Assembly (NCBI GenBank): GCA_964489065.1
Contig: CAZAXH010000009.1
Location: 7,616-71,615, forward strand
Length of the DNA: 64,000 nucleotides
Reading direction: 5' to 3'
Source of the DNA: an uncultured Planctomycetales bacterium
GTDB lineage: Bacteria > Omnitrophota > Gorgyraeia > Zapsychrales > JANLHA01
The notes under the pieces are model-generated. The model saw nothing but the letters and a program-made list of their open reading frames with translations, ran no database searches and was not told the origin of the DNA. Of this stretch, positions 53,968-62,946 are shown one piece after another; within the stretch, counting starts at the first letter, position 1, and every line of letters starts with the position of its first letter. The translations under genes were made by a program, and so were the position numbers.

Positions 53968-54924
53968 TCAATAAATATTCTGCGGCAGGTCTTCCGCCGC
54001 CGGCCAATCACTCTTGAGCGCGGCCGCATACGCCGCGTCCGCTTGCGCCTGGAAGTCCCGGCGCAAAAGCGCGACGTCCTCAGGCGTTAAGACCCCCTGA
54101 TCCCCCAAATACCTCTCCATCCGTTTTAAAGGGCAGCGTTTCATCCAGGACTCCACCTCTTCCCGGCTCCGGTAACCCCGGTCATAATCATACAGCGGAC
54201 CGACATGCTCGCGGATACGGTAGGTCAGGCATTCCACAAAGACCGGGCCTGATCCCTGCCGCACGCCGGGGATCAGGTCCGAAACCGTTTCATAAATACC
54301 GGCAGCGTCATTCCCGTCAATTTGAAACGCAGGCAGTTCCGGGGTACGCACCCGCTCATATATCGGCGAAGGCGGCTGCCGCGCACTTAACGGAGAATGA
54401 GTGGAATACGTATTGTTCTCGCAAATAAACAATACCGGCAGCTTCTTCAACACCGCGAAATTCACACTCTCGGCAAAAACCCCCTCCTCAACTGCCGCGT
54501 CACCGAACAGGGCCACCGCAACCCCGTCCTTCCGGTCCATAACAAAAGACATGGCCGCGCCCACCGCCACCGGAATCATCGATCCGAGGATCGGAGATGC
54601 GAACACGTGTCTGTCCACGCAGGACAGATGCGCGGACCCGGCCCGGCCCCGGCTGGTGCCGGCCACCCGGCCGCAAAGCTCCGCGAAAAAAGCCTCCAGG
54701 TCTCCACCCCGGGCCAGGTAAGCGGCATGGCAACGGTGAGAAACAAAAACCTGATCGTCGGAACGCAGGGCCTGACAGACAGCGGCGGCCACGGCCTCCT
54801 GCCCGATAGAAAGGTGGGTCGGCGTACGCATCGTCTGGTCGGCATAAACCTCGGTGATTTTTTCTTCCGCCGTTCGGATGCGCAGCATGGACATATAAAT
54901 CTGTTTTAAAACGGAGTCGCTCAT
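53968..54924 (-). CDS. 2-oxoacid/acetoin dehydrogenase E1 component alpha subunit-like (ThDP-binding)
   Basis: YMSMLRIRTAEEKI..., then FGDAAVEEGVFAESVNFAVLKKLPVLFICENNTYS (GDG-type ThDP motif ...NN). Confidence 0.8.
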   Translation of the reverse strand: MSDSVLKQIYMSMLRIRTAEEKITEVYADQTMRTPTHLSIGQEAVAAAVCQALRSDDQVFVSHRCHAAYLARGGDLEAFFAELCGRVAGTSRGRAGSAHLSCVDRHVFASPILGSMIPVAVGAAMSFVMDRKDGVAVALFGDAAVEEGVFAESVNFAVLKKLPVLFICENNTYSTHSPLSARQPPSPIYERVRTPELPAFQIDGNDAAGIYETVSDLIPGVRQGSGPVFVECLTYRIREHVGPLYDYDRGYRSREEVESWMKRCPLKRMERYLGDQGVLTPEDVALLRRDFQAQADAAYAAALKSDWPAAEDLPQNIY

Positions 54925-55913
54925 TTCAAGGATAACGCCTGCATCGTGCGTATGTTGTAATAACGGTTGTCCTCCATTGAACGGGGGATAAGCCCTTTTT
55001 CAAAGGCCTGCTTCAAATCGGCGCACGCCCGCTCGATACTGTGCCGCGGGGCGAACCCCAGTTCGGATAAAATTTTCTTCGACGAAATCCGATACGAACG
55101 ATTATCATCCGTAGGAACACGCTCAATCTCGACCCGGTCGTTACCAACGGTGTTCTTGACGATCTCTGCGATTTCATTCACGGTATGGTTCTGATAGCCC
55201 GCGTTATAGATTTTTCCGGCAATCTCCTTGGCAGGGCACTCCAAAACGCGGACATAAAGATCGGTGATGTCTTCCATATGGATGTTCGGCCGCTGCTGCT
55301 CTCCGCCAAAAACCTTGATCCGTCCGGTATTGACCGCATGGTTCGTCAGGATATTCACGGTCAAATCCAGTCTTAACCGGGGTGAAAAACCGCAGACAGT
55401 CGCCGGCCTTAAAATAAGCGCCGTGAAATCCTTGTCCTGTTCTTTGAGCAAGACCTCTTCACAGAGGGCCTTATACCGGGAATAATCGGTCAACGGATAC
55501 AGCGGGAGGTCTTCCGTGACCTCCGGTTCCTCTTTGATGCCGTACACACTTGAACTCGAAGCAAAAATAAAACGCCGGACGCGGGCCTCTTTGGCGATTC
55601 TGACAAGAGGCAAAAATGCGTCGTAATTCACCGATTTGCCCAGCGCCGGATTAAGCTCATAACTCGGATCGTTTGAAATACAGGCGAGGTGAATCACGGC
55701 GTCCATTCCAGGCATTTCACGCTCAAGAAGAGCCCGGTCACGGATATCGCCTTTGACCTGAGTCAAACCCGGATGCCCTTCCACAGCGCGCAGGACGTCT
55801 TCCCCGTAAATATACCAATCAAGGACTTTAACGTGATACCCGCCCGCCAGGAGCTTGGGGACAAGCACCGCTCCGACATACCCTGCCCCACCCGTCACTA
55901 AAATATTTTTCAT
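54921..55913 (-). CDS. NAD-dependent sugar-nucleotide epimerase/dehydratase (extended SDR)
   Basis: MKNILVTGGAGYVGAVLVPKLL and YSRYKAL (YxxxK). The ATG at 55913 overlaps the TGA of the upstream GT9 gene (ATGA). The 125-codon upstream extension in the track is rejected. Confidence 0.8.
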   Translation of the reverse strand: MKNILVTGGAGYVGAVLVPKLLAGGYHVKVLDWYIYGEDVLRAVEGHPGLTQVKGDIRDRALLEREMPGMDAVIHLACISNDPSYELNPALGKSVNYDAFLPLVRIAKEARVRRFIFASSSSVYGIKEEPEVTEDLPLYPLTDYSRYKALCEEVLLKEQDKDFTALILRPATVCGFSPRLRLDLTVNILTNHAVNTGRIKVFGGEQQRPNIHMEDITDLYVRVLECPAKEIAGKIYNAGYQNHTVNEIAEIVKNTVGNDRVEIERVPTDDNRSYRISSKKILSELGFAPRHSIERACADLKQAFEKGLIPRSMEDNRYYNIRTMQALSLK

Positions 55914-56839
55914 GATAAAAGCCTTTCGCAAATAGCGGCCACCTTGGCCGGGGAGATATCCTCCATGCAGAAACGGCTGTTTTGACAGTATGGAAGATAA
56001 CACGGGCGGAGAGGACAATCCAGCGGGGACGCGACCACGGTCACGTTCCCGACGCCCTGCATGCGCCGGTGATGCGTGGGGCCGTACAAAGAAACAACCT
56101 GTTTCCCGAGGGCCTGGCCGAGGGCCTGCCCCAGCGAATCCGACGTAACCACCAGACGGCACTGCCCGATCCATTCCGTGTAACGCCTCAAATCCCGGTG
56201 TCCCTTCTGCCAGGACACCCGGTATTTTTTTCCCAGCAAACGCTCCAGCTTTTTCCAGTGTTTTTCCGGCCAAGCCTTTGTCGGCCACTTTATCCCCACC
56301 GCATAATTAAATCCCACGTCGTACCGTATCGATCCAGGAGAGGCGATGGAAAGCACCGGGCCTTGCCCCTCCCATTTTTCATCGACTGTTTCCGCGAGTA
56401 TCTCCAGAAAAGACTTATCAATATGCCGATGATTCTCCTGCCCGGCCAAAAGATATTGGTCTGTCCGGCGGTGCGTCGCAATGGCATGGGCCCGGTCATC
56501 AAAATAAAAACCGTACTTCTTTTTGGCCTTGACCTGGCTTAAGAAAGCACATATCCCGGCATCTTTTTCCAGGTTAATGAGGAGATCGTACTTTTTCTGC
56601 GCGATGGTGTTCAACGCCCGGGGTCCGAAAAGCAGCAGATCTTTAATATACGGGTTCCCGGCCAATAACCACCGGGCTTCCCAGGACGTCACCCACGTCA
56701 CTTCATCTTCCTTATAAAAATGCAAAAGAGCCGTGCACATCAGGACATCGCCCAGGCTGACCGTAATCGAAATCCCCCGATCAAGCAACTCGGAAAATCC
56801 GGTCTTGATCACCAGAATTTTTCTGTTACGCTTTTTCAT
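55910..56839 (-). CDS. family 9 glycosyltransferase (heptosyltransferase-like)
   Basis: KILVIKTGFSELLDRGISITVSLGDVLMCTALL... and a C-terminal GQCRLVVTSDSLGQALGQALGKQVVSLYGPT are typical of GT9 (RfaF/RfaC-like). Start taken at MKKRNRK. Confidence 0.65.
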   Translation of the reverse strand: MKKRNRKILVIKTGFSELLDRGISITVSLGDVLMCTALLHFYKEDEVTWVTSWEARWLLAGNPYIKDLLLFGPRALNTIAQKKYDLLINLEKDAGICAFLSQVKAKKKYGFYFDDRAHAIATHRRTDQYLLAGQENHRHIDKSFLEILAETVDEKWEGQGPVLSIASPGSIRYDVGFNYAVGIKWPTKAWPEKHWKKLERLLGKKYRVSWQKGHRDLRRYTEWIGQCRLVVTSDSLGQALGQALGKQVVSLYGPTHHRRMQGVGNVTVVASPLDCPLRPCYLPYCQNSRFCMEDISPAKVAAICERLLS

Positions 56840-57743
56840 CAAACCGGATATCCACCGATGTATAACCAAATTGCTGCAGGTGATTGGTCTTGACCTTGAT
56901 ATCACAAGGGCTGCAAAGGCCATAAAAAGAACAAGGGCGATACTTCTGCTCCAGGCGCAGCGTTTCATCCCGGATGTTTCCCAAGGCGAGATGCGAACGG
57001 CCCGCGTACAAATCCGCATGGCATTTATAAATATTCCCATCCGGGCCTATCGGGAAGACCGTGTTCCGGCACCAGACTTTGTCCCGCGACACACCTTTTC
57101 CCAGACAAGCGTCAGGATATTTATATTCGCCGTACATCTTCCCGTCATGTTCTCCCAGAAAAATTTTTGTGCGGAACTCAACGCCTTCAGCGCGCGCCTC
57201 CGCCCTCACCGCTTCAATCAGTTCCGGGTAGGCCGGGTGACTAATATGATAAAGGCCTATACTCAAACCGCATTCTTCCTGAAGTTCCTTAATACGCCGG
57301 ATCAGGACCCGGAAATCGTTCTGCCCCCGGTGAAAACTCACCCGAATAGTCGGATAAGGGGCCACCCGATGATTCCACGCCAGCGATTCCAAAGCTTTAA
57401 ACCGCTCCACCGTAACATGAGATGGCAGCGCAGTCAAAATATCCACTTTATGCCGGATATTTTCCAACAACTCCCATATCCCGGGATAAAGAAACGGCTC
57501 CCCCCCCTGCAACGTTATCGGCACGCCTTCCGGAAGATGAAAGCGGTTCAGCCCCTGAATCCAGGAAAAGGGATCCAGCTCAACACCTCCCGGGCGGTTG
57601 ATAAACGGCTCGTTAATATTCGTCACACAATAGGGGCATTTCAAAAAACAACGGTTTGTCAAATAAACCCCCACGTAATCTGTCTGAAGCGGAACAGGGA
57701 TTCTGATGTCAGATACTATTGGGTTACTTAATGGCACTATCAT
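56826..57743 (-). CDS. radical SAM enzyme with C-terminal Cys-rich (SPASM/twitch-like) region
   Basis: YLTNRCFLKCPYC (CxxxCxxC), LQGGEPFL, and C-terminal CRNTVFPIGPDGNIYKC...CSFYGLCSPC. Start uncertain (ATG 57743 versus GTG 57815). Confidence 0.65.
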   Translation of the reverse strand: MIVPLSNPIVSDIRIPVPLQTDYVGVYLTNRCFLKCPYCVTNINEPFINRPGGVELDPFSWIQGLNRFHLPEGVPITLQGGEPFLYPGIWELLENIRHKVDILTALPSHVTVERFKALESLAWNHRVAPYPTIRVSFHRGQNDFRVLIRRIKELQEECGLSIGLYHISHPAYPELIEAVRAEARAEGVEFRTKIFLGEHDGKMYGEYKYPDACLGKGVSRDKVWCRNTVFPIGPDGNIYKCHADLYAGRSHLALGNIRDETLRLEQKYRPCSFYGLCSPCDIKVKTNHLQQFGYTSVDIRFDEKA

Positions 57744-57991
57744 TATGAATCCAGATTGTTTTATTGGAACATTTTTCTCTGTTAACCGATTTTTAAGGCA
57801 AGGGCACAAACACACTCATTAGGACGAAATTTATTATATAGAAGAAAAAGAGCCAAAGCAATAAAGGAAAAGGGTATTTAACGCTAAAGTAAATATCTAC
57901 AGCCTTATGGCTACAGTTTTATACTGCAGGGACAAAAAAACGGCCGGGGGCAAAGTCCCCGGCCGCTAAAGCGAATCAAAAATCCTGTCTT

Positions 57992-59953
57992 TTACTGCCG
58001 CTGTTTGATAAGCACCTTAAGTTCCTGCTGGCGCTTCTGGTATTCCTCAATACGCTGATTCAATATCTCTTCTTCTTGCCTGTAAAAATCCAGAAGCCGT
58101 TTGCCAAAATCCTCTTTCTCTTTATCCAACTGCTCTTTTAATTTCTTATTCTCCCGCTCCTGTTCATTCGCTAAAGATTCCAGATCGGTTTGCTCTTTCT
58201 GCAGGCTCAAGAATTCTTCCTTAAGATTGTCGTTCAATTCCTTGAGTTCATCCATGCGACCCTGTTTGGTGTCTTTTTCCTGTTCCATCGTGGCGATCTG
58301 TTCGGTTACCTGCCGATTCTCATCCTGTTGCTGCTTAAAAAGGGTCTCTAAATTAGCATAATCCGCCTTGGCTTGTTCAAACTCTTTGATCAGGCCCTGC
58401 AATTTTTTGTTCTCTTCTTCCTGGGCTTTGGACATGCTTTCCAACTCTACTTTTTCCTGCTGAAGATAAGAATACTCCCCTTTTAACATTTTGTTCAAAT
58501 TTTTAAGTTCATCCATCTTGGCCTGTTTTTCATTTCTTTCTTTCTCCAAGACCCCCAGCTCTTCTTTAACTCTTTTATTTTCAGCCTCTTGTTGAATAAA
58601 CAACTTCTCCAGACCGTCATATTCTTTTTTAACTTTATCAAACTCTTTGATCATTTTCTGGAGTTTTTGATTTTCTTCTTCCTGGGCCTTGGCCATGGTT
58701 TCCAGTTCTCCCTGTTCTTTATGCAGGGAATCATATTCTTCCTTCAACATTTTATTAACTTCTTTAAGCTCTCCCATACGCCCTTCTTTTTCGTTCTTTT
58801 CTTTCTCGAGTTCAGACAACTGCTGTTGCAAACGTTTATTATCCGCCTGCTGCTGCTCATACAGGACCTCCATTTCGTCATAGTCTGCCTGGGCGCTCTC
58901 AAATTCCTTGATCAGTTTCTTTAACTTCCGGCTTTCTTCCTCCTGCGCTTTGGTTAAAGACTCCAGTTCCACATTCTCCTGAGTTAAACTATCATACTCC
59001 TGTTTCAGCATTTTATTGCTTTCCGTCAACTCTTCGGTCCGCTTTTGTTTTTCCGTTCTCTCGGCTTCCAAAACTCCCAACTTCTCAGACAAGGCCGCCG
59101 TTTCCTTCTGCTGCTCCTGAAAAAGGGCCTCCATCTGGTTATAATCCGCCTGGACTTTTTCAAATTCAGCGATCAACCGCTCATAACGCTGCTTTTCATC
59201 TTCTTTATTTTTCGCCAAAGTTTCTATTTCCACATTCTCGCTCTGCAGGCTCTCATACTGTTCCTTAAGCTGCTTGTTAATCGCCGTCAATTCATCCACC
59301 CGCGCCTGCGTTTTAGTTTTCTCCGCATCCATTTCTTCCGTCTTTTTGCGGAGGTCTTCATTTTCCGCCTGCTGGCTTTGATAAAGAGTTCCCAGCTCTT
59401 TATAATCTTTCTCCGCCTGGTCATATTGTTTGACCAATTCAAGATTAGTCTCTTCTAACTGGGTGTTCTTTTCTTCCTGGACACGGTTTTCCTCTTCCTG
59501 TCGGACAATCTGCTCCCGCAGCAGGTCGTTTTCCTGCTGCTGCTGAACAAACATATCCTGCAGTTCATCATATTCATCCTGGCGTTTCCTGAAATCAACC
59601 AAGATCTGCTTATTCAAATGTTTTAATTCAATGATCTTTTTCTTTAACTCGTCATTCACCTGCTCCTGGCTTTTCAGCTTATCCTGCAAGACTTCATACT
59701 CCTCTTTCAACATCTGCTTGCTCTTCTTTAACTTCTGATTCTCCTCCGCCTGTTTCTTGTTTTCTTCGCTTCTCTTTTCATTATATTCCTGATGCACATG
59801 ACTATACGGCCGCAACTGCCACTCATACAGGCCCGCCTCCTGCGCCTCCTCCTTTTCCTGCCCCAAAAGGATTTCCGCCCCTCCCAACGAAAAAACCGCG
59901 ATAACCACAAAAATAATCATTGCTTTTAGCTGCCGTAAGGTGATTTTTTGCAT
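57992..59953 (-). CDS. secreted/anchored repetitive coiled-coil protein
   Basis: Start at ATG (MQKITLRQLKAMIIFVVIAVFSLGG) with GAGGAG 6 nt upstream. The remaining ~620 aa is E/K/Q-rich heptad-like sequence with ~87-aa periodic repeats (LKEEYDSL.KEQ.ELE..AKAQEEEN.KL...IKEFE.A.ADY..LE.L). Confidence 0.65.
   Translation of the reverse strand: MQKITLRQLKAMIIFVVIAVFSLGGAEILLGQEKEEAQEAGLYEWQLRPYSHVHQEYNEKRSEENKKQAEENQKLKKSKQMLKEEYEVLQDKLKSQEQVNDELKKKIIELKHLNKQILVDFRKRQDEYDELQDMFVQQQQENDLLREQIVRQEEENRVQEEKNTQLEETNLELVKQYDQAEKDYKELGTLYQSQQAENEDLRKKTEEMDAEKTKTQARVDELTAINKQLKEQYESLQSENVEIETLAKNKEDEKQRYERLIAEFEKVQADYNQMEALFQEQQKETAALSEKLGVLEAERTEKQKRTEELTESNKMLKQEYDSLTQENVELESLTKAQEEESRKLKKLIKEFESAQADYDEMEVLYEQQQADNKRLQQQLSELEKEKNEKEGRMGELKEVNKMLKEEYDSLHKEQGELETMAKAQEEENQKLQKMIKEFDKVKKEYDGLEKLFIQQEAENKRVKEELGVLEKERNEKQAKMDELKNLNKMLKGEYSYLQQEKVELESMSKAQEEENKKLQGLIKEFEQAKADYANLETLFKQQQDENRQVTEQIATMEQEKDTKQGRMDELKELNDNLKEEFLSLQKEQTDLESLANEQERENKKLKEQLDKEKEDFGKRLLDFYRQEEEILNQRIEEYQKRQQELKVLIKQRQ
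58050..59700. repeat. approximately 260-bp tandem repeats inside the coiled-coil gene
   Basis: Recurring DNA and protein blocks (e.g. GAATACTC.CCTTTTAACATTTTGTT.AA.TTTTTAAG.TCATCCAT..GGCC) are visible across lines 58200-59500. Confidence 0.55.
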
Positions 59954-60105
59954 GTATTTCTCCTCAAGTTGGTAATTATATATAATACTAATATTCAATA
60001 AAAACGGGGGTATTGTCAAGAGGACACACCAGGACGACCTAGGACAAGGGAAAGACGAAAAAACAAGCCCTCGCAGGCTTTGTAAAACTTAAGAATAATT
60101 ATCTT

Positions 60106-60133
60106 CTTTACAAAACAGCGAATGAGCCGATAA
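60106..60133 (+). promoter_or_regulatory. sigma70-like promoter TTTACA-N16-GATAAT upstream of the only plus-strand gene in this region
   Basis: tctTTTACAaaacagcgaatgagccGATAATatat lies about 50 nt upstream of the ATG at 60186. Confidence 0.3.
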
Positions 60134-60185
60134 TATATAACTATCTGAAAAATTTTGAATTTAAGAGAATCTATTTTTGAAAATA

Positions 60186-60794
60186 ATGCGGGTTTCGACC
60201 TACCAAACTATTATTAATACTATAGAAAACGACCCGGCGACCTTTGAATGGCTCAATTACTTTATCTGGCAACCGCGGGTTAGACCTGTGTGGCAGCAAA
60301 AACCCGAGCTCCAGGCCCTGACGGCTCCCCTAAAAAGAACCGAAGCTCTTGAAATAATTCATAAAATATTAATTTTAGTTTTACTGGGAGGATATATTGC
60401 GCATCATCTTCCTGTTTTTCTCATGACAATCCTTCTGTTCGGCGGCTCGCTTATCATAAACCAACGGGCTAAAAAGCAGATCATTGTTAGAATCGGAGCC
60501 GCTTTGCTGAAAGAAGAATTTGAGGAGCATTTTTTTGAAAAAAAAACCTTGTATCACCTGACAGAAATTTTAAGCAAAAAATATCACACGTTGTCCCTGC
60601 CCGATTCCATTTTCTTTACCGAGAACATTTTAAGGGCCCTTTTAATCAGTTTGTTTTTGCTGTTTATTTCGCCCTTTTCCCCCAATAACATATTCGATGG
60701 TCTGTTGTCTTTCGGGCTGCTTTTTCTTGCGGGCCGGTGGGTTTTGACCAATCGCCATATTTACCGCGTCTCCAGAATCCTGCAGGCTGTTTAA
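60186..60794 (+). CDS. hypothetical membrane protein
   Basis: ATG start (MRVSTYQ...) and two hydrophobic segments (ILILVLLGGYIAHHLPVFLMTILLFGGSLII; LLISLFLLFISPF...LLSFGLLFLAG). No recognisable domain. Confidence 0.4.
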   Translation: MRVSTYQTIINTIENDPATFEWLNYFIWQPRVRPVWQQKPELQALTAPLKRTEALEIIHKILILVLLGGYIAHHLPVFLMTILLFGGSLIINQRAKKQIIVRIGAALLKEEFEEHFFEKKTLYHLTEILSKKYHTLSLPDSIFFTENILRALLISLFLLFISPFSPNNIFDGLLSFGLLFLAGRWVLTNRHIYRVSRILQAV

Positions 60795-60936
60795 TACACA
60801 ACGCTGTTCATAGTCAGCATTTTAACGATACTACGGCCGCCAGCATATGAGGGACAACCATCCCTGGATGAGGGCCCGCCTGAAACCGGCCTGGCCGTTT
60901 CAAACGGCGATAAACGTAGTCCTTGGCGGGCGCGAT

Positions 60937-62877
60937 TCAAGGCGACACAAAACCGGGGCTCAGCACCGTCCAAAAAATTTTCAAAATCAGAAAAACGGCT
61001 ATCATCAAAAGCCAGCCGTTTTGAGACGTTGTGAAAAAGAAAAATATTTTCACAAAGGGGTATACCGTCTTCAGGATAACATAGTTCATCCGGCGCGGCT
61101 GTAAAAGCAACTGGAAGGTCGTATACCGCTTCCAGTTCGCGTTCATGACCCGCCCTTCGGACAGCATATCCTGATAAAGAAGCGTTCCCGGGAGGGGTGT
61201 GACAATGCTGAGGACAGTCCACGACGGAAAAATGGACAGGCAAAACCGCCATAAGGCCGGGATGTCCCGAAGACGGTCGGAATCGAATCCGAACATAAAG
61301 TGTCCTTTCACGCTGATGCCCGCTTTTTTGATTTTTCGCGTGTATTCAAGATAGCGGTCCGCCATCTTCAGTTTGCCCCCTTGTTTTTTCTCGGCGGAGC
61401 TCGGGGCAATTTCATACCCGACCAAAAGCCCTATACAGCCGCTGGCTCTGGCCAGCCGCAAGCAATCCTCATGCGCGGCGATATCAAGGCTGCTGCTCCC
61501 GGTCCAGATAATTTTTAAAGGGACCAACGCTTCAAACAGCTCCCTGGCATACGCCGGGTCGGAAAAAATATTACTGTCTATAAAACGGAAACACCAGTGC
61601 CGGGGCCGGAGTTTTTTTATAAGCTCAACGACTTCCGGTACCGGTTTTTGCCTCATCCGGCCCTCATAAATATTGTAAACCGAACAAAAATGACAATGGA
61701 ATTTGCACCCGCGGGTGGTTTCCATATACGCCATGACCTCGTGCGCAGGGGCGCGCACAAGGTATTGATGCACCTGATTATAATGGTTTTCGGAAGGGAT
61801 GCCATGATACACGGGTTTAAGTCCGCCGGCCGCATAATCAGCCAGGACTTCCGCCCACACGCCTTCCACTTCGCCCACCACCACGCTGTCACAAAACGCC
61901 AACGCCTCCTCAGGCAGACTGGTCACATGCGGCCCCCCCATGACAACCCGGGCTCCCTGTCTCCGGAATTCCTTGGCGATTTTATAAGCCTCAAAACTAT
62001 TGCACGTGTAGCATGTTATTGCGACCAGCACACCCGGTTTGTAATAACGTTTACGCCAAAGAATCCGGGAGAAAGTTCTGACCGCATACGCCGACGGGGT
62101 GAGCGCCTTGATAACCGTAAAAACCGGCGGATGAGATCTTAAAACAAGCGAGGCCAAGCTCTCCCATATTGTTCCTCCTCCCAAAGGATTAACGAGGAAC
62201 AATTCTGGCCGGGCAGAATAAAAATCCCTGATAGCCGGCAGGCCGTCTAAAATAAATTTTGTAATGAGGATAAAAAGAAGGACATAGAGATACTTGGAGA
62301 TAAAAACCGCCAGCAGGGCTCCCTCCTTGACCGGGGAAGACGATTGCAAAAACAAGACAGCCGTCTGGGCCGCAAAAACCAGGACAATCGGCCCCATGGC
62401 CCTGACCGGGAATGTTCCGGAGCGCCAATAAAAACCGGATTGAGCATGATATTTTTTGTGGAGGATTATCCCGCTCAGGAAAAAAAGCAAGGGCAGATCC
62501 AGACAGGCCCCCAACAGCGCCAGTTGCGCGGTCTGATCCAAAAAATACACGAAAAAAAGGAGCCCAACTTTCAAGACATGCATCAGCATCGTCAGAAGCC
62601 AGAAATCCCGGACATTCCTCCAGAAGTCATGAATTGTGACGCTGTATTTCTCTCCGGACAATAATTCGGCTAAGGTTCCGCAGGCCCCGCTGCCAATAAC
62701 CAGTTTGCCGATATAACACAAAACCGCCAGGAAAAACTTCTGTGATGCCACAATCCCGGGAGGGATATATGCCGTGACAACGGCTTCGTCAAAAAAAAAC
62801 AACAGGAAAACCGGAGAAATATAAGTGTGGAGCAGTTGAACCGCCGAAGTCAATGAGGGAGGGCCTTTTTTCATCAA
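60937..62877 (-). CDS. fusion protein: N-terminal polytopic membrane domain (~270 aa) plus B12-binding domain plus radical SAM domain
   Basis: About 6 TM helices in the first 270 aa, then VLVAITCYTCNSFEAYKIAKEFRRQGARVVMGGPHVT (B12-binding Rossmann), then ETTRGCKFHCHFCSV (CxxxCxxC). Confidence 0.7.
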   Translation of the reverse strand: MMKKGPPSLTSAVQLLHTYISPVFLLFFFDEAVVTAYIPPGIVASQKFFLAVLCYIGKLVIGSGACGTLAELLSGEKYSVTIHDFWRNVRDFWLLTMLMHVLKVGLLFFVYFLDQTAQLALLGACLDLPLLFFLSGIILHKKYHAQSGFYWRSGTFPVRAMGPIVLVFAAQTAVLFLQSSSPVKEGALLAVFISKYLYVLLFILITKFILDGLPAIRDFYSARPELFLVNPLGGGTIWESLASLVLRSHPPVFTVIKALTPSAYAVRTFSRILWRKRYYKPGVLVAITCYTCNSFEAYKIAKEFRRQGARVVMGGPHVTSLPEEALAFCDSVVVGEVEGVWAEVLADYAAGGLKPVYHGIPSENHYNQVHQYLVRAPAHEVMAYMETTRGCKFHCHFCSVYNIYEGRMRQKPVPEVVELIKKLRPRHWCFRFIDSNIFSDPAYARELFEALVPLKIIWTGSSSLDIAAHEDCLRLARASGCIGLLVGYEIAPSSAEKKQGGKLKMADRYLEYTRKIKKAGISVKGHFMFGFDSDRLRDIPALWRFCLSIFPSWTVLSIVTPLPGTLLYQDMLSEGRVMNANWKRYTTFQLLLQPRRMNYVILKTVYPFVKIFFFFTTSQNGWLLMIAVFLILKIFWTVLSPGFVSP

Positions 62878-62946
62878 TCAGTTTTTCACCCGAATGGAAG
62901 TCCCCCGGGAAAGCCATAGGGCGTCACCCCCAATTTTTTGTAACCG

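Noticed and set aside
54921-56288. 455-aa version of the epimerase ORF with a 125-aa N-terminal extension. Similar extensions occur at 49471..51504 (ThDP enzyme, +83 aa) and 52917..54029 (E1 beta, +26 aa).
   Set aside because: The extensions are Gly/Pro/Arg-rich, lack RBSs, and lie entirely within the upstream genes in another frame. Internal ATG/GTG starts align with family N-termini and with start/stop overlaps (ATGA/GTGA).
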